Numbered from the stretch's first letter, positions 25,541-36,995 are shown. The stretch is DNA of 44,236 nucleotides from Tubiluchus corallicola (GCA_030141605.1 JAQGDQ010000983.1:1-44236); one strand, 5' to 3'. The notes: generated by a model not told the origin, from the letters alone. Program-made: numbers and translations.

Positions 25541-25608
25541 GTAGCAAAGGAAGTCGATGTAAAATTTGCAAATCAAGGAGCAAGTGTTCCCACCTGGCGG
25601 CTGGTGAG
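25541..25608 (+). CDS. STAC: STAC-like exon, remnant second half of C1 domain
   Basis: Acceptor tttttgacgcag|, donor GAG|gtaact (alternative CTG|gtgagg at 25603). Encodes (G)SKGSRCKICKSRSKCSHLAAGE, resembling the GLRCxxCK segment of STAC C1 domains. Phase 1 to 0. Confidence 0.65.
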
Positions 25609-25677
25609 GTAACTAGTATTGTATGTTGTTGTGGTAGTAATTATCAGATGTTCTTGTTGTTTTTGCTTCGTGCTTTT

Positions 25678-26683
25678 TTAACTCTTTCAGGACCGTAAGT
25701 GTTTGCTTTGTGTTAGAACATAAATACAGTAATATCCCAAACTTAACTCCTTCAGGACTATAAGTGTTTGCTGTGTGTTAGAACATAAATACAGTAACGT
25801 CCCAAACTTAACTCCTTCAGGACTGTAAGTGTTTGCAGTGTGTTAGAACATAAATACAGTAGAATCCCAAACTTAACTCCCTCAAGACTGTAAGTGTTTG
25901 CTTTGTGTTAGAACATAAATACAGTAACATTCCAAACTTAACTCCCTCAAGACTGTAAGTGTTTGCTGTGTGTTAGAACATAAATACAGTAACATTCCAA
26001 ACTTAATTCCCTCAAGACTGTAAGTGTTTGCTGTGTGTTAGAACATAAATACAGTAACATCCCAAACTTAACTCCTTAAAGACTGTAAGTGTTTGCTTTG
26101 TGTTAGAACATAAATACAGTAACATCCCAAACTTAACTCCTTCAGGACTATAAGTGTTTGCTGTGTGTTAGAACATAAATACAGTAGAATCCCAAACTTA
26201 ACTCCCTCAAGACTGTAAGTGTTTGCTTTGTGTTAGAACATAAATACAGTAACATTCCAAACTTAACTCCCTCAAGACTGTAAGTGTTTGCTGTGTGTTA
26301 GAACATAAATACAGTAACATCCCAAACTTAACTCCTTCAGGACTATAAGTGTTTGCTGTGTGTTAGAACATAAATACAGTAACATCCCAAACTTAACTCC
26401 TTAAAGACTGTAAGTGTTTGCTGTGTGTTAGAACATAAATACAGTAACATCCCAAACTTAACTCCTTCAGGACTATAAGTGTTTGCTGTGTGTTAGAACG
26501 TAAATACAGTAACATCCCAAACTTAACGCCTTAAAGACTGTAAGTGTTTGCTGTGTGATAGAACATAAATACAGTAACATCCCAAACTTAACTCCTTCAG
26601 GACCGTAAGTGTTTGCTGTGTGTTAGAACATAAATACAGTAACATTCCAAACTTAACTCTTTCAGGACCGTAAGTGTTTGCTG
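25678..26683. repeat. 65-bp intronic minisatellite, about 15.5 units
   Basis: Unit TTAACTCCTTCAGGACTGTAAGTGTTTGCTGTGTGTTAGAACATAAATACAGTAACATCCCAAAC. Confidence 0.97.
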
Positions 26684-27470
26684 CATTTTGCATGGGCTCA
26701 TGAAAACTGTTCTCACTAAGCACCGATTATGTTATATTTGATAATTTTTGTAGGTTTCTACTCCTCACACAATGGATTTTCATGCAAAATTATACATGAA
26801 ATGCATTCACTTACCTTGGACAAGTGAAAAATCGATTTTTCAGGAAGGATTTGAAAAAAGTTTTCAGTGACTGCAGTAATAATGTACAGTGTCACTTGTA
26901 TGAAATCGACTAATGCAGAAAATTTCAACCATCCAGGCACAACACTCTGATTCACTTTGGCCTTAAATCTACTCTATTTTTAAGGAGAAATTCCTGTTAA
27001 AAGGTGAAACCACCTTAATTTGTCTTGACCAGGTTGTGTGTCCCGAAACTCTGCACAGCAGGCAGTTCTCTTGGACTGTAGCAAGCAAGTCATTAAATAG
27101 TGTGTACGATCATGAAAGTGTACACGAGACTAACCTACTTAATACACCTTGTTAGAGTGGCTCTGAAAAAGGAGTGTTTTCATACTTTTATCCAATTAAA
27201 TAACTTAAAAATGTTTAAACAGATAGCATGATTGGATAGCCGAGATACTCCTATATAGAACAGTATCGAACTTGTAATCATTTAGCTATGTCTGGTGCTC
27301 GTACAGTAGCAGAAAACTCTTACAAAATCTTTTGCAATGGTGCGGTCCTGAAGGAGTTGACAAACTTGTGTTCTTGAAGTTGTAAACTTCAGATGAACCC
27401 AATTTTACACAAAAATGATTATCTGAAGCAATGTGCAGTGAATTAGATAATTTACGTTGAATAATTACAG

Positions 27471-27555
27471 GAGGAAGGCGCACATAACACGAAGCGTGGG
27501 TGGATGAACCAAAAATCCTTCACAAAAAGTCTGAGCACAGAGCCGCCGACAGAAG
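27471..27555 (+). CDS. STAC: STAC-like exon (post-C1 linker)
   Basis: Acceptor aattacag|, donor GAAG|gtaggg. Encodes EEGAHNTKRGWMNQKSFTKSLSTEPPTE. Phase 0 to 1 bridges the flanking exons exactly. Confidence 0.65.
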
Positions 27556-27585
27556 GTAGGGGGAGCTCGTGTGTTAAAGTCAAAC

Positions 27586-27642
27586 AGGAGAGAGAGAAAG
27601 AGAGAGGAAGATAGTGAAGAAAGAAAAGGAGAGAGAGGGAGA

Positions 27643-27686
<44 letters not shown>

Positions 27687-27697
27687 AGAGAGGGAGA

Positions 27698-27752
<55 letters not shown>

Positions 27753-27765
27753 AGAGGGAGAGAGG

Positions 27766-27833
<68 letters not shown>

Positions 27834-27852
27834 GAGAAAGAGAGAAAGAGAA

Positions 27853-27909
<57 letters not shown>

Positions 27910-27921
27910 GAGAGAGAGAGA
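27586..27921. repeat. (GA)n purine tract
   Basis: Read directly. Confidence 0.97.
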
Positions 27922-28013
27922 TTTGATTTTTTGATGTAATTCTTTATTTCAAATGTAAGTTCATATTATAATTTACATAAAAACAAAAAACCAAATACAA
28001 ACAAAATGACATT

Positions 28014-28054
28014 ACACACACACACGCACGCACGCACGCACACACACACGCACG

Positions 28055-28118
<64 letters not shown>
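28014..28118. repeat. (CA)n/(CACG)n microsatellite
   Basis: Read directly. Confidence 0.97.
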
Positions 28119-28121
<3 letters not shown>

Positions 28122-28186
28122 CGTAGGATACGAAATATTTGGCATTGTTTGCATTTTATATATAAATACAATGATTTTGCTTACAG

Positions 28187-28321
28187 AAGACGGTGAAGTG
28201 GATCCAGTCTATGAATTGTTAAAAAATGCCAGCAGTCTACGAACTACGTCATCCCGCACAGTCTCAGAATCGACGTCTAATGAACAAATTAACATTCACA
28301 ATAAAGATATTCAACCTCAAG
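28187..28321 (+). CDS. STAC: STAC-like exon with VDPVYE motif
   Basis: Acceptor ttttgcttacag|, donor CAAG|gtattg. Encodes EDGEVDPVYELLKNASSLRTTSSRTVSESTSNEQINIHNKDIQPQ; VDPVYExL is the conserved STAC linker motif. Phase 1 to 1. Confidence 0.85.
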
Positions 28322-28360
28322 GTATTGCCCAAATTTTATACGTCAAATCATGTTACCTAA

Positions 28361-28943
28361 TGGTACGTTCACACTAGCGAGTTTTATCGCCAAGTAAACT
28401 TGCCAAGTAACTCACAAACGTGTTCAGACTAACACGTTTTCTCGCCAAGTAAACTTGCCAAGTAACTCGCAAGCGTGTTCAGACTAACCAGCCAAGTAAC
28501 TCACAAACGTGTTCAGATTAACAAGCCAAGTAACTCACAAGCGTGTTCAGACTAACCAGCCAAGTAACTCACAAGCGTGTTCAGATTAACAAGCCAAGTA
28601 ACTCACAAGCGTGTTCAGACTAACCAGCCAAGTAACTCACAAGCGTGTTCAGACTAACGTGTTTTCTTGCCAAGTAACTTATGTGTTCAGACTAGAGAGC
28701 AAAACATATTGCGAGTTACTCTCTGACAGTAAGGATGAGCTGACACTCGCTTCTCTACTCGCTACGAAAAGTGTCGAGAGTAACTTGATGAAGCGTTCAC
28801 ACTGGACAGTAACTGAACTTGCATCAACTGTTGGAGAGTTTGCAATAACTTGGCTACAGTAACATGCAAAACAGTTGAAACTTGCGACTTTGCTGTCAGA
28901 GAGAAAACTCGCAACAGAAAACTTTCTAATCTAAATGCATCGT
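28361..28943. mobile_element. Decayed TIR element (possibly PIF/Harbinger-like) with an internal 34-bp tandem repeat at about 28400-28695
   Basis: Left TGGTACGTTCACACTAGCGAGTTTT versus right end reverse complement CGATGCATTTAGATTAGAAAGTTTT (imperfect). Tandem unit GCCAAGTAACTCACAAGCGTGTTCAGACTAACCA. Confidence 0.5.
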
Positions 28944-29321
28944 AAAATGTATTTTCGTATTCTAACAATAGAATAATTTTATGGCTTCTCTTGCATATTA
29001 TGAACAAATATTTGATTTTGCGAAATGGATTGTGGGACTCGTGACGTAATTTGGTCACTTTATGTGTTTCAAGGTCACTAATCATATCACCAAATGTTTT
29101 GAGACCAACTGAAATCATTTATCCAACCGTGCCCAACTTACAAGCAGAAATAAGTGCCAAATTTGAACACTCACGTAGGCCATTTTGGATTTCAAGATGG
29201 CTGCTATAGAGAATTTCAAAAAATGGAAAGATAGATTTTAGGAATGACTGTATCCTAACGATTCTAAAAATGTATCGTTTTGCAAATCTCCAAAAAAACA
29301 GCAAAAATGCGTAAGGAACTG

Positions 29322-29744
29322 GACTGCAAATGCATTCTGGGAATTCCAAAGCCATTATTGAACTGCAATGCATTCTGGGAATTCCAAGGCCATTATTGAA
29401 CTGCAATGCATTCTGGAAATTCCAAAGCCATTATTGAACTGCAATGCATTCTGGGAATTCCAAGGCCATTATTGAACTGCAATGCATTCTGGAAATTCCA
29501 AGGCCATTATTGAACTGCAATGCATTCTGGGAATTCCAAAGCCATTATTGAACTGCAATGCATTCTGGAAATTCCAAAGCCATTATTGAACTGCAATGCA
29601 TTCTGGAAATTCCAAAGCCATTATTGAACTGCAATGCATTCTGGGAATTCCAAAAGCCATTATTGAACTGCAATGCATTCTGGAAATTCCAAAGCCATTA
29701 TTGAACTGCAATGCATTCTGGGAATTCCAAAAGCCATTATTGAA
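29322..29744. repeat. 38-bp minisatellite, about 11 units
   Basis: Unit GAATTCCAAAGCCATTATTGAACTGCAATGCATTCTGG. Confidence 0.97.
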
Positions 29745-29758
29745 TTAACGATTATTAA

Positions 29759-30216
29759 AGGAAGACGGGATGATTTTTCATACACTGCCCCATTTTCAAG
29801 TCTGATAAAAATATACATTTTAACATAATTAATGCTGAAAAAGCGTTTCTGGTAATTAAATAATAGATTAAAAACTTAACTAATGGCGAGCGAGCCCAAT
29901 TATTGATAACGTCACAAACGAACATAATTTTTAACAGCAAAAATATTCTACAAGCGTGTTGCACGTGTTTGTGAAGCAAAAATTAAAGTACAGTGCTCTG
30001 CTGTAAGATATTCAGTGTATTGTACTAGGCATGGTTTATGATAAAAAGTGAAATTTCAAATTTACCATTGTGCTCACGCATGAACTGTCGAACGTGCGCA
30101 GTTCGTCACAAACTAACACAACTGAACTGAGCGGTGCAGCATCCGTTTTTTGTGCAATGCGTTTCCGAAATGCAGGTGCTAGTGAATGGTGAAATGCATG
30201 TAACAGTATGTTTCCT
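29759..30216 (-). mobile_element. Kolobok-like non-autonomous DNA transposon, about 460 bp
   Basis: TTAA|AGGAAGAC ... GTTTCCT|TTCA: short AGGAA TIR with a TTAA target, one side mutated. Homologous to 14390..14827 and 33664..34146. Confidence 0.72.
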
Positions 30217-30481
30217 TTCAACATTTTAAAGAGTAGATTGTTTTGACCTGAGGCTAAGATCGGGTCCCATTTTGCTTCATCTTTATTTTTCTTGGATTTA
30301 AAACACGAATTTCTTGCTATAATTAGTTTAATGTGCTTTTCGGCAGTAGTAAAATCACTGACATTTGAAAGAAATGACACAGTTTACCGAATTTCACTGG
30401 AAACTGTTAAAGTTTTTTTTCGGAACATGTGCTGCATTGAAATGATGGATTTGTGACGTCTTGCACATGTGTTTCTTACAG

Positions 30482-30628
30482 CCGCCACTGCTGCGGAAAC
30501 GGAAAAGAAGAAGAAGACGAAAAAGAAAATCACTCAGCGTTCACAGTCTATGTTCCAGGAAAAATACGAACCAGATGCGCCCCTCTCCCAGGAATTCTCC
30601 ACGTCTGTTCCAGACCTCCATAATGCCT
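30482..30628 (+). CDS. STAC: STAC-like exon (basic, low-complexity linker)
   Basis: Acceptor gtttcttacag|, donor CCT|gtaagt. Encodes AATAAETEKKKKTKKKITQRSQSMFQEKYEPDAPLSQEFSTSVPDLHNA. Phase 1 to 1. Confidence 0.75.
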
Positions 30629-30682
30629 GTAAGTATTGTAAGTTTTCCAACAAACTGGAATCCAGAGGTCGATGGCAGAGTG

Positions 30683-30789
30683 TACTTGATGTGGACGGGT
30701 GTGGTAGGACTAGAATCTACTTGACGTGGATGGGTGTGGCAGGACTAGAATCTACTTGATGTGGACGGGTGAGGCAGGACTAGAATCTA
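30683..30789. repeat. 35-bp tandem repeat, 3 units
   Basis: TACTTGATGTGGACGGGTGTGGTAGGACTAGAATC at 30683, 30718 and 30753. Confidence 0.93.
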
Positions 30790-31151
30790 TCTGATTATCA
30801 AAGCTACGTCTCTAAGATGAAACACTGAACCAGTAGAGGTATCGAATTTTCAGCCAGGCATGTATTCAGTGAATAACTTGACCTGGCGTTTCTTAACTTT
30901 AGTCGTTAAGCCCACTGACCACTGACCAGAAACTCTTCCCTTTCTTTGATTCGTTCAGTGATATAGTTTATTTTATATTTTATATTATATAATTTTATTC
31001 ATCCCTATAAAATTATATAAGTAATTGGCAACCAGTTGTGCCGCTCTTGGTTTTTTTATTTCATTCTTATTTTGGCTTTGGATTCATCATGTATTCCTCA
31101 TCAACATACTTAATTTCGACCTTTTGCACTTTGTCCTCATTCTAGAAGAAA

Positions 31152-31169
31152 GTGTGTGTGTGAGTGAGT

Positions 31170-31247
<78 letters not shown>
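31152..31247. repeat. (GT)n(GAGT)n(GA)n microsatellite
   Basis: Read directly. Confidence 0.95.
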
Positions 31248-31248
<1 letters not shown>

Positions 31249-31320
31249 CCACTAGTTTTTATAGCACATTAATATCCTGATTTTCGTGATATATTTGCTA
31301 TTCTTGTATTTGTATTTTAG

Positions 31321-31425
31321 ATACAGCAGATGTAACGGAATACGATTCTTTTCATCCAACTCAGCATCTTCATTTACTCTCACATTCCACAGCAGAATCA
31401 ACTACATCTACAGACGATAAACAAA
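31321..31425 (+). CDS. STAC: STAC-like exon (linker, possibly a cassette exon)
   Basis: Acceptor ttgtattttag|, donor CAAA|gtatgt. Encodes YTADVTEYDSFHPTQHLHLLSHSTAESTTSTDDKQ, 105 nt, phase 1 to 1. No recognisable motif; support is splice signals and frame only. Confidence 0.55.
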
Positions 31426-31494
31426 GTATGTCTCTTTCATCATCTTCCAAACATTTCTGTTTGTGATGCATTGCATTGCTGGCGGACGTTTTGC

Positions 31495-33004
31495 TAGTCA
31501 AGTTAAGTTGAGCCATTGTCAAATCAAGTTGAGCCATAGTCAAGTCAAGTTGAGCCATAGTCAAATCAAGTTGAGCCACAGTCAAGTCAAGTTGAGCCAT
31601 AGTCAAGTCAAGTTGAGGCACAGTCAAGTCAAGATGAGCCATAGTCAAGTCAAGTTGAGCCATAGTCACGTCAAGTTGAGCCATAGTCAAGTCAAGTTGA
31701 GCCATAGTCAAGTCAAGTTGAGCCATAGTCAAGTCAAGTTGAGCCATAGTCAAGTCAAGTTGAGCCATAGTCAAGTCAAGTTGAGCCATAATCAAGTCAA
31801 GTTGAGCCATAGTCAAGTCAAGTTGAGCCATAGTCAAGTCAAGTTGAGCCATAGTCAAATCAAGTTGAGCCATAGTCAAGTCAAGTTGAGCAATAGTCAA
31901 ATCAACTTGAGCCATAGTCAAGTCAAGTTGAGCCATAGTCATGTCAAGTTGAGCCATAGTCAAGTCAAGTTGAGCCGTAGGCAAGTCAAGTTGAACCATA
32001 GTCAAGTCAAGTTGAGCCATAGTCAAGTCAAGTTGAGCCATAGTCAAGTCAAGTTGAGCCATAGTCAAGTCAAGTTGAGCCATAGTCAAGTCAAGTTGAG
32101 CCATAGTCAAGTCAAGTTGAGCCATAGTCAAATCAAGTTGAGCCATAGTCAAGTCAAGTTGAGCCACAGTCAAGTCAAGTTGAGCCATAGTCAAGTCAAG
32201 TTGAGCCATAGTCAAGTCAAGTTGAGCCATAGTCAAGTCAAGTTGAGCCATAGTCAAGTCAAGTTGAGCCATAGTCAAGTCAAGTTGAGCAACAGTCAAG
32301 TCAAGTTGAGCAACAGTCAAGTCAAGTTGAGCCATAGTCAAGTCAAGTTGAGCCATAGTCAAGTCAAGTTGAGCCATAGTCAAGTCAAGTTGAGCCATAG
32401 TCAAGTCAAGTTGAGCCATAGTCAAGTCAAGTTGAGCCATAGTCAAGTGAAATTGAGCCATAGTCAAGTCAAGTTGAGCCATAGTCAAGTCAAGTTGAGC
32501 CATAGTCAAGTCAAGTTGAGCAACAGTCAAGTCAAGTTGAGCCATAGTCAAGTCAAGTTGAGCAACAGTCAAGTCAAGTTGAGCAACAGTCAAGTCAAGT
32601 TGAGCAACAGTCAAGTCAAGTTGAGCAACAGTCAAGTCAAGTTGAGCCATAGTCAAGTCAAGTTGAGCAACAGTCAAGTCAAGTTGAGCCATAGTCAAGT
32701 CAAGTTGAGCCATAGTCAAGTCAAGTTGAGCAACAGTCAAGTCAAGTTGAGCCATAGTCACGTCAACTTGAGCCATAGTCAAGTCAAGTTGAGCCATAGT
32801 CAAGTCAAGTTGAGCCATAGTCAAGTGAAATTGAGCCATAGTCAAGTCAAGTTGAGCCATAGTCAAGTCAAGTTGAGCCATAGTCAAGTTGAGCCATAGT
32901 CAAGTGAAATTGAGTCATAGTCAAGTCAAGTTGAGCCATAGTCACGTAAACTTGAGCCATATTCTAGTCAACTTGAGTCATAGTCAAGTCAAGCTGAGCT
33001 ACAG
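31495..33004. repeat. 21-bp minisatellite, about 71 units
   Basis: Unit AGTCAAGTCAAGTTGAGCCAT; explains the SHSQVKL and MAQLDLT ORFs. Confidence 0.98.
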
Positions 33005-33160
33005 CATTTGCCTGTGACTCAACTTAATTTGACTATGGCTCAACTTAATTTGAATATGGCTCCACTTGAAATGGAAATTGCATAAGCCTTCCAAATTAAA
33101 TATTTAGGACATAACAAATCCCTATTAATCCAAAAATACCTTTATGTAAGTGCTGACTTT

Positions 33161-33275
33161 TGCGTGTGTGTGTGTGTGTGCGTGCGTGCGTGCGTGAATG
33201 CATGTATGCATACGTACATATGTATGCGAGTATGTGTGTGTGTGTATGTTTTATGTGTGAGTGTATGTATGTATG
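33161..33275. repeat. (GT)n/(GCGT)n/(GTAT)n microsatellite
   Basis: Read directly. Confidence 0.9.
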
Positions 33276-33663
33276 TTATCAACTTTAGTCAATAATTATG
33301 ACCCCTTTTTCACCTTTCGTTGTCTGTAGTTTATTCTTGTTTCGCTTTTAAATGCTTGACGGAGCAGAACGGCCGGAGCTTTTAGGAATATTACAGCTAA
33401 TATGTCATTAGTCGGTGCTTGAAGATCGAGAGCTTCTCTTATTTCTCCTCTTGTGACAGGAAAATTCTCAGAGCCAGCTCTCCTATTTCAACTATTAGAG
33501 AAAACAATTACCGTTTCGAAATTATTTCAATGAAAAAAAAACAGATCAATAGAACTTTGACTGAAAGATTGGAAAAACGTGTAAGAAACAGTGATTCGTG
33601 CTGGTGGAGTGGAGTACCTGATGTAGCCTTAAATTAGTTTCGTTATACGTTCCTCAAAATTAA

Positions 33664-34146
33664 AGGAAAACTGCACCCAATCTTAAACTATAGCTCAAAG
33701 CAATTTACCCCAGAAATTGTTGATAGGAAACGTACTAATTTTTAAGAACGATTCACGTGAAAGAATTACTGTTAGATGTTTTTCGCCATTCGCTAGTTAG
33801 ACGGGAAATGCCATGCACAAAAACAGGTGCTGCATCTCTCAATTCAGGATTGTTCAGTTGTGACGTAGTGCACACGTTCATGAGTGAACACAGCGAAAAA
33901 CTTGAAATTTGAATTTAAACTTAAAACCTGCTTTCGAAAATCACGCCAAATATCGCTTTTGCAAACACCTTGAATGTTTGTGCTGTTGAAAAAACACGTT
34001 TGTTTGTGACGTCATCACTCACCCTCGGTTAACTATGTTTTTAACATATTATTTAATTATTAGAAACGCTTTGGCGTTCTTACAGGCATTAAAATGTATT
34101 CATTTTAACGTATTTCAAAAATGGGTAGGATATGAAAAATTATCTT
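33664..34146 (+). mobile_element. Kolobok-like non-autonomous element, longer left-end variant
   Basis: TTAA|AGGAAAACTGCACCCAATCTTAAAC...; interior shared with the 14390 and 29759 copies; right terminus lost after TATGAAAAATTATC. Confidence 0.68.
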
Positions 34147-34639
34147 ACAAATGTATAAATATTATGTACACGTTTTAGCAATGGCTTCTATCGTTTTAGC
34201 AATGGCTTCTATTGGTAATCAATCGACAATGTAATGCAGCAAACAAAATTTGAAATCTGCTGTAGCTACTATAAACAGTGTTACTAAAAACGGGAACACA
34301 ACAGCAATAAACTTGCCATTCGCATACTTTCGCTGTTTGTCCATATTTTATTTACTGCAGCATCAGCAAGATCAGCATCTCAGATTGTTTTGTGATATTC
34401 TGACTCATTCAATATGGCGGATTTAAACAATTTCCGAACTTTTTTACTCATGATATATACCGCGTGCTAAAACTACAATGTCGTTCTCGTTAATTTTCAC
34501 CAACCAAAAATAAACAGTTTTTTGCGATGTTTGTATTCCGGGTGCAACTGTTTCCTGTGACGTCACATGTTTGGTCACATGGTTTGCTGCACTGCGCGGT
34601 TTCCTCGTGACGTGTGTTAGTTCTTTTTTGTTGTTCTAG

Positions 34640-34773
34640 GTGGCAGCACAGCCGCGACAGACGTCTTCCGGTCGCGTCTGATTAACGTGAAAGGCGGTTC
34701 TTTAGATATTCCCGATGAGAATGAAAAATCTATCAGTTCTGCGTCATCTGCTAGCCCTCTAGGTGGCTCTCCG
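34640..34773 (+). CDS. STAC: STAC-like exon (Ser-rich region before SH3)
   Basis: Strong polypyrimidine acceptor ttcttttttgttgttctag|, donor CCG|gtaagc. Encodes SGSTAATDVFRSRLINVKGGSLDIPDENEKSISSASSASPLGGSP. Phase 1 to 0. Confidence 0.8.
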
Positions 34774-34959
34774 GTAAGCCGACATCCTGGGCATAATGAT
34801 TTCTGTGGTATTGTACATCTAGGTCACAGCATGCGCATGCGCGTTCATTTCTAGCTCAATACAGCCACATTTACACTCATATATCGGTTTGCCGGACCTC
34901 GCTGTTACGGATATCGGAAAATTGGGGCAAAATCTGGTCCATGATAAGAGACCTGCATA

Positions 34960-35300
34960 CTACGGACACAGTCCATTATTTCGCGAACTGACCGCTAGTT
35001 GGCAGGCCGTCACTTTGTTTACATCCAAGCAGCATGTAACGACACGTGTAGCATGTTGTCAGCGTGTGTAAGTGGTTTAAAGTCAATTATGGAGAGATCT
35101 GAGTCAATTGCCGACAATTTTTATATACTTTTGCATATGAGAAGGCCGTGCTAGATGTTTTTGAGACAATTAGTCGATTCTACATTACCGTGAGTCTAAT
35201 ACATGGTGCCTAGCACTATATTAAGTTAGTATCAGTAAATACGGACAATCGGAAATTTCTGACCGACGTCTCCCCACTTTTGTCCGGCAAAACGGTGACA
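34960..35300 (-). mobile_element. Unclassified dispersed repeat family B copy
   Basis: TTCGCGAACTGACCGCTAGTTGGCAGGCCGTCACTTTGTTTAC and the following blocks are reverse complements of 42680-42890 and of 43105-43200 plus 43478-43786. Confidence 0.75.
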
Positions 35301-35776
35301 TGAGTGTACTGATATTTTTATTAGTTCTTCTATTACTCTTTTAATAGTTACTAATCTTGATTACTTGTGGAAAGACTGAAACTTCATTATCGAGAACAAT
35401 CCTCTAAGGTGGGGCACTGGCCCATCATAGGTGTTTCAGCAAAGATGTGATTATATGGATGATGCTAATATGAATGGTTCCATGGTCTCAGTTACCGAAA
35501 TAAAAATTTGAATTGAATTGAATTGCCTTTAAGCCCTCTTTTTTAATGTTCGATAACAGTTTTATACTAAAGCACGCGGAATAAAAGGATTTTATGTTTT
35601 TTACTAGAGCTACAGTTTACACATTCATTTGGATATACCATTAACATAAATTTTCATAATTTATGCAAATGTATAATTCAAATTATTTGTAGATTTAATT
35701 ATCATATTGCCATGGATATACACTATAATTGTACTTATAAATTATATGTGTACCTAAATTACTTTCTGGTGATAAT

Positions 35777-36227
35777 TAGGGGTGAGCATTCGATTCGATT
35801 CAAATGAGTTTTTTTAGTTCGAATTCGATTCAAGCCTAAAATCATAGATTCGAATAATTTAGCACTTCAGCCACAAACTTCTTTGTAATTAAAATGCTTG
35901 AAACATCAAGCAATTTGCATAATTTAGCTGCAGTTTCTGTGCAAATTTTTAACAAACTAACAGTCGGTTTTACTGCAGAACAAAATCAAGCAATATGCAC
36001 GATCTTTGTAAGATCACTTTTTACTAGTGCTTCGAAAACTTGTTCGAAAATCTTACAATTTGAATTCGATTCGGAATACTGAAAATTCGGTTCACAAATA
36101 CGGAATCGAAAGTCACAAATTCGGTTCGATTCGAATTCGAAAATGACAAATTCGATTCAATTCAGATTCAAAAGTAATAAATTTGATTCGATTCGAATTC
36201 TCTTTCTGGTAGAGATGCTCACCTCTT
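35777..36227. mobile_element. hAT-like MITE, 451 bp
   Basis: TIRs TAGGGGTGAGCAT / ATGCTCACCTCTT; 8-bp TSD GTGATAAT versus GTGGTAAT (7/8); subterminal TTCGA sub-repeats. Confidence 0.85.
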
Positions 36228-36231
36228 GTGG

Positions 36232-36678
36232 TAATTCCAGTCCAGTCATTGTTGTTAAACTGATAATGTGAGTCCAGTCATTGTTGTTAAACTGATAATT
36301 TCAGTCCAGTCATTGTTGTTAAACTGATAATTTCAGTCCAGTCATTGTTGTTAAACTGATAATTTCAGTCCAGTCATTGTTGTTAAACTGATAATTTCAG
36401 TCCAGTCATTGTTGTTAAACTGATAATTTGAGTCCAGTCATTGTTGTTAAACTGATAATTCCAGTCCAGTCATTGTTGTTAAACTGATAATTCCAGTCCA
36501 GTCATTGTTGTTAAACTGATAATTTCAGTCCAGTCATTGTTGTTAAACTGATAATTTCAGTCCAGTCATTGTTGTTAAACTGATAATTTCAGTCCAGTCA
36601 TTGTTGTTAAACTGATAATTTCAGTCCAGTCATTGTTGTTAAACTGATAATTTCAGTCCAGTCATTGTTGTTAAACTG
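36232..36678. repeat. 32-bp minisatellite, about 14 units
   Basis: Unit CAGTCCAGTCATTGTTGTTAAACTGATAATTT; ends about 18 nt before the acceptor at 36696. Confidence 0.97.
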
Positions 36679-36696
36679 TAATCACGTTCATTTTAG

Positions 36697-36779
36697 AGAG
36701 CCAGTCATCGTCAGACTGCCGGTATTTACGTAGTAACACGTGACTTTAGTGCACACGAGTATGACGAAATTGATTTATA
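36697..36779 (+). CDS. STAC: STAC-like exon, start of SH3-1
   Basis: Acceptor ttcattttag|, donor TTATA|gtaagt. Encodes RASHRQTAGIYVVTRDFSAHEYDEIDL(Y), matching the SH3 YVVxxDFxAxxxDExDL pattern. Phase 0 to 2. Confidence 0.88.
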
Positions 36780-36995
36780 GTAAGTAACGAGAGACTGTAC
36801 CTGCTGCACTCTGTCGGCGAGTTTTGGAGTTAGGCAAACTGCCATGCTTGTTTTGGGAAGTCCATCCCATAGAGGGCCAAAGTGCCAAAGTGTAGGTAGT
36901 CGGAAACGATGGCATTTTGCATAATTTCCAAATTCGCCCACAGAGTGCAGCACATGGTAGTGGTAACAACACTGTGTGTTTCTAACCGAATCTTG

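Noticed and set aside
31370-32899. 505-aa (MAQLDLT)n and 478-aa (SHSQVKL)n ORFs resembling coiled-coil or repeat proteins
   Set aside because: Both strands are open only because the 21-bp unit lacks stops in those frames. The array is intronic, has no unique domain, and continues past the ORF ends.
33460-33580. Possible exon with a good acceptor and a CGT|GTAAGA donor
   Set aside because: The open frame is phase 2 to 0, incompatible with the flanking phase-1 junctions; the phase-1 reading hits a stop.
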